This document shows positions 58,445 to 64,000 of a stretch of 64,000 nucleotides of DNA, in pieces (positions within the stretch are counted from its first letter, which is position 1; each line of letters starts with the position of its first letter). The notes beneath the pieces are model-generated. The model saw only the letters and a list, made by a program, of their open reading frames with translations. It was not told the origin of the DNA and searched no databases. The position numbers were made by a program, and so were the translations under genes. The DNA is from the human T2T-CHM13v2.0 reference genome, Homo sapiens: NCBI RefSeq assembly GCF_009914755.1, contig NC_060940.1; one strand, written 5' to 3'.

Positions 58445-61070
58445 GAAATGAAATGAAATGATGAAATGATGAAATGAAATGATGAAATTAAACGAAATGA
58501 TGAAATGAAGAAATGAAATAATGAGATGAAATGATGAAATGAAACGAAATGATGAAATGGAATGATGAAATGAAATAATGAAATGATGACATGAAATGGG
58601 GAAATGAAATGAAATGAAATAATGAAATGAAATAATGAAGTGAAATGAAATGAAATGATGAAATGATGAAATGAAATGAAAAGATGAAATGATGAATTGA
58701 GGAAATGATATGAAATGATGAAATGAAATGATGAAATGAAGTGAATGATGAAATGATGAAAAAATGAAATTAAATGATGAATTGATGAAATGAAATGATG
58801 AGATGAAAAGGTGAAATGAAACGAAATGATTAAATGAAATGAGGAGATGAAAAGATGAAATGAAATGATGAGATGAAATGAAATGATGTGATGAAATGAT
58901 GAGATGAAGTGAAATGATGAAATGATGAAATGTAATGAAATGATGAAATGGAATGATGAAATGAAATGATGAAATGAAATTGTGAAATGAAATGAGGAAA
59001 TGAAATGGAATGATGAAATGATGAAGTGAAATGATGAAATGATGAAATGAAATGAAAAGATCAAATGGTGAAATGAAGAAATGATATGAAATGAAATGAA
59101 ATGATGAAATGAAGTGAAATGATTAAATGATGAAATGAAATGAAATGATGAATTGATGAAATGATCAAATGAAATGACGAGATGAAAAGATGAAATGAAA
59201 TGATGAAATGACGAGATGAAAAGATGAAATGAGATGAAATGATGAGATGAAATGATGAGATGAAATGAAATCATGAGATGATGAAATGATGAGATGAAGT
59301 GAAATGAAATGAGATGACGAAATGCAACAATGAGAAGAAATGAAATAATGAAAGGATGAAATGATGAGATGAAATGATGAAAGGATGAAATGAAATGATG
59401 AAATGAGGAAATGAAATGATGAAATGATGGAATGAAAAGATGAAATGTTGAAATATGAAATGATGAAATGATGACATGAAGTCAAATGATGAAATGATGA
59501 AATAAATGAAATGATGAAATGAAATGAGATGAAATGAAATCATGAGATGAAATGATGAAATGAGATGAAGTGAAATGACGAAATGAAATATTGAGATGAA
59601 GTGATGAAATGAAATGAAACAATGAAATGAAGTGAAATGAAATGAGATGAAATAATGAGATGAAATGATGAATTGATGAAATGAAATGAGATGAAAAGAT
59701 GAAATGAAATGATGAAATGAAATGATGAGATGGAAAGATGAAATGAGATGAAATGAAATCATGAGATGAAATGATGAAATGATGAAATGAAGTGAAATGA
59801 TGAAATGAAATGAAATGTTGAGATGAAATGATGAAATGAAATGAAATAATGAAATGAAATGATGAAATGATGCGATGAAATGAAATCATGAGATGAAATG
59901 ATGAAGTGATGAGATGAAGTGAAATGAAATGATGAAATGGAATGATGAAATGAAATGGTGAAATGAAATGAGGAAATGAAATGAAATGATGAAATGATGA
60001 AGTGAAATGATGAAATGAAATGATGAAATGATGAAATGAAATGAAAAGATCAAATGGTGAAATGAAGAAATGATATGAAATGATGAAATGAAATGAAGTG
60101 ATGAAATGAAGTGAAATGATTAAATGATGAAATAATGAAATGAAATGAAATGATGAATTGATGAAATGATCAAATGAAATGAGATGAAAAGATGAAATGA
60201 AATGAAATGATGAAATGAAATGACGAGATGAAAAGATGAAATGAGATGAAATGATGAGATGAAATGAAATCGTGAGATGATGAAATGATGAGATGAAGTG
60301 AAATGATGAAATGATGGAATGACGAAATGCAACAATGAGAAGAAATTATGAAATGAAATAATGAAATGAAAGGATGAAATGATGAGATGAAATGATGAAA
60401 GGATGAAATGAAATGATGAAATGAGGAAATGAAATGATGAAGTGAAATGATGAAATGATGGAATGAAAAGATGAAATGATGAAATGATATGAAATGATGA
60501 AATGACATGAAATCAAATGATGCAATGATGAAATAAATGAAATGAAATGATGAAATGAAATGAGATGAAATGATGAAATGATGAGATGAAAAGATGAAAT
60601 GATGAGATGAAATGAAATGAAATCATGAGATGAAATGATGAAATGAGATAAAGTGAAATGACGAAATGAAATGTTGAGATGAAGTGATGAAATGCAATGA
60701 TGAAATGAAATGAAACAATGAAATGAGGTGAAATGAAATGAGATGAAATGATGAGATGAAATGATGAATTGATGAAATGAGATGAAAAGATGAAATGAAA
60801 TGATGAAATGAGATGAAAAGATGAAATGATGAGATGAAATGAAATGATGAGATGAAATGATGAAATGATGAGAAATGTTGAGATGAAATGATGAAATGAA
60901 ATGAAAGAATGAAATGAAATGATAAAATGAGATGAAATGATGAGATGAAATGATGAAACGAAAGGATGAAATGAAATGATGAAATGATGAAATGAAAGGA
61001 TGAAATGAGGAAATGAAATGAAATGATGAAAAGAAATGAAATAATGAAATGAAATGATGTAATAGATGAA
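58445..61070 (+). repeat. (GAAAT/GAT/GAGAT)n simple satellite, copy 2, ~2.6 kb
   Basis: Continuous array starting at the same CATGTATCACTGAAATG junction as copy 1. Confidence 0.95.
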
Positions 61071-61164
61071 CCAAAAATACTTATTCACTTTTTTTCTTGG
61101 CATCCTTCTAAGAGTATTTTAGTGAGGTTAATTTCTAAAAATAAATTGCTATTCAATGGCTATA

Positions 61165-61535
61165 CAGTTGGCCTTTGCACCACAGGGGTTTGAACTGTGC
61201 ACGTCCACTTAGCAAAACCAACAATTCTACATCCTTATCCACACCCTGCCCATGAAAAGGATGAGGATGAAGACCTGTTTGATCATCTACTTCCATTTAA
61301 TAACTAGTAAATCTATTTTCCTTATGATTTTCTTTTTTCTTTTGTCTGGCATGTTTGTTAAGAATACAGTATATAAGACATATAACATATTAAATATGTG
61401 TTAATTGACTGTGTTATTTGTAAGGCTTACAGTAGGCTATTAGTAGTTAAGTTTTGGGGGAGTCAAAGTTATAGTGGATTTTCTACTGTGCAGGGGGCCA
61501 GCACCCCAACCTCCGTGTTGCTTAAGGGTCAACTG
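61165..61535 (+). mobile_element. Tigger2a/MER28 DNA transposon
   Basis: TA-CAGTTGGCCTTTGCACCACAGGGGTTTGAACTG...TAAGGGTCAACTG-TA; terminal inverted repeats and TA target site. Confidence 0.85.
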
Positions 61536-63677
61536 TACATGTTATTTCCTTTCCTGTAAGAGAAAAATGAGAAGGTCTTTTCTCCAATAAGTGTCTTCAA
61601 AATGTAGCAGATTTGAAATGTGTTGGCGCCACCATTTTGCGTCTCATTTTGAAAACTTATTATTTAAAATCGTACTAAAGCCTACCTTACTTTTCCAACC
61701 TTAGAAAAAATGTTCCAAAGAAAAGGGGTGAAACCATGCTAGTTTGCCCTGAAATTTGAAATTATCTTTTAAAAATATATTTTGACATTAATTACTTCCA
61801 AACTAGAGATCAGTTGCATACAAATGGCAGGTCACCCTAATCCACCCTATGACTGCACTTAGATTCATGAGGGATTGTGCCATCTAGAAAGGGCAGAGAG
61901 GAGGAATAGAGTGCTCTGCGTCTTGAAATATAAACATGCACATAGCCACATGCTTTGATTCTGTTGTCACTGTGTACTTACTGCTAGGAAGAGGGCATGT
62001 TTGTGTATTTTTATGCAAATTATTATCCAAGTTGTTAATGATTTACGCTTTCAGAACCATATAAAGATATTTTTCCTTTCAGATATAAACTATCTTGCAT
62101 TGTTCTTCTGATCATATGAGGGATAAATTTGCCTAAATATTCTTCAGACCATAATAGTATGTCCTTATAAATGCCAGTAGCAAGAGTAGAATCAACCACA
62201 ACTGCCTTAGTAATTATTTAAAGCATGTCTGCCTATAAGTAATTGGCATTTTATATAATCAAGAATATTTGATATAATAATCTCTCAACTATTTGAAACA
62301 CGGCTCACATGTATTAATTTTTTAAGCAAATATATATATAATATCAGTGTACATGAAACTAAATTTTGGACTTTAGCACAGCTTCTTAGAATCCTGACTT
62401 AAATGTCTACAGTAATAGTTGGCTTAAAAAAATTTAGCACACTGTCACTATGATGAAAAAAATTACTATAAAATATTTAAAAAATTGTTCCACCCTAACA
62501 TTTAGAATATTTTCACATTTGTGGTTAAAACCTATAGTGATTGTTCTTAGAATTTAGATAAAAAATGTTCCAGAAAGATTGAAGAGAAGCACTTTAGTCA
62601 ATTTTTAGTTGTTGAAGCATGAAGAAAGGGCATTTCATTGACATTTTAAAAATTATTCAGATTCCCTCTTTGAATTCAAGAGTTTCAAAGATATCTTATT
62701 TTAAAATACCAAAATAGGAATAGGATATGAAGGGCTGGTTATGAGTAATATGATACAATTTTATGAGATGACGAGATTACAATAACAATACCTCCTCTCA
62801 TAGAATAGCCAGCAAGTCTCCACTAAATAACAGTGCCTTGATTTTGTAGATGTTTAATCATGGATATTGAGTTAATGTGAACCATTTGTAGACACAGGAG
62901 TTTATTAAAGACTTATATAATATCTTTCAAGTATTTAGAATAGTGTTGAAATTAAGCCTGCATCCCCACGATTTTCAGCAGTGCTGATGCCTAATAAACT
63001 CAACCCCTTGCATGCCAAAATTGGCTTAAAGCCCATCTGTTACCCAAGCTACACTTCAAGCATCAAGGTTCAAAAATGTGATTTTGAATATGCAAGAGTT
63101 TGAGGAATTCACTACTCACACTTTCTTGAACAGTCTATCCAAGTGCATCAAGCAAAATGTGAGTAAAGAAATTTTGACCAAAGGATTGATAGTAATGTTG
63201 AATACATTTAATAGTAGATAAGATTAAAAGGTGAAAGTGAGGGTGAGAAGAGTGTATGAATGCTTTGTGTTCTGACAAAGAGAATGTAACACCCAGGTCC
63301 TACCTGCTTGGATGCATTGCCAGTGCCCACCGTAGGCCATTTTATCCAGGTTTTTAGGTTTTGTCTTGTTTTGTTTGGTTTTTTCCTTTTAAGGAGTGTT
63401 AGTCCAAGACCAATAACTCCGTAACTGGTAGATTTGGAAGACTTTAATAGTGCTTAACATTTTGTACATAGCTTTATAACAGTTTTCTTTTTCTTTTTTT
63501 TCTGAGAGATTCTTTTCAATATACCCCACATGGTTGAAATCAAAAATCATTGCTTATTTAAAATCTACAACTGCTGACGTTTTGTAACGTTCGCATTCCA
63601 GGTAATTGTTTTTTTGTGCATTTTCTGTATTTTTCTCCATCAGTCTACCTAGACATTTGTTAGATTTAATACTTTAA

Positions 63678-64000
<323 letters not shown>

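Noticed and set aside
58420-61103. Phe/His/Ile/Ser-rich minus-strand ORFs (also 23441-23903)
   Set aside because: Translation of the (ATTTC/ATC)n satellite.

Overview
Human or great-ape pericentromeric segmental-duplication mosaic. It is most likely 16p11.2 (inferred from recalled sequences, not searched). In order: a GC-rich non-coding block (1-5.2 kb, probably the edge of the Xq28-derived BCAP31/SLC6A8 duplicon); a 3.2 kb switch-like CAGGG array; a REP522-like GC-rich segment; and a ~10 kb IGH-derived block. That block carries a structurally intact IGHV2 orphon (octamer promoter, leader, V exon, 23-bp RSS) matching my recollection of IGHV2/OR16-5. Next come two diverged direct copies, ~35 kb apart, of a cassette: [GCTTTTTGC GC-rich array] - [KSR1 5' region, exon 1, start of intron 1] - [GAAAT/GATGAAAT satellite]. 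Copy 1 is frameshifted and cut off by a near-full-length, probably chimeric L1PA. Copy 2 keeps an open frame from the second KSR1 ATG, with a strong Kozak context and an intact splice donor. The rest is AT-rich DNA with Alu, L1 (two twin-primed insertions), MaLR/ERV LTRs and DNA transposons. There is no intact conventional multi-exon gene, and most ORF-track entries are repeat artefacts.
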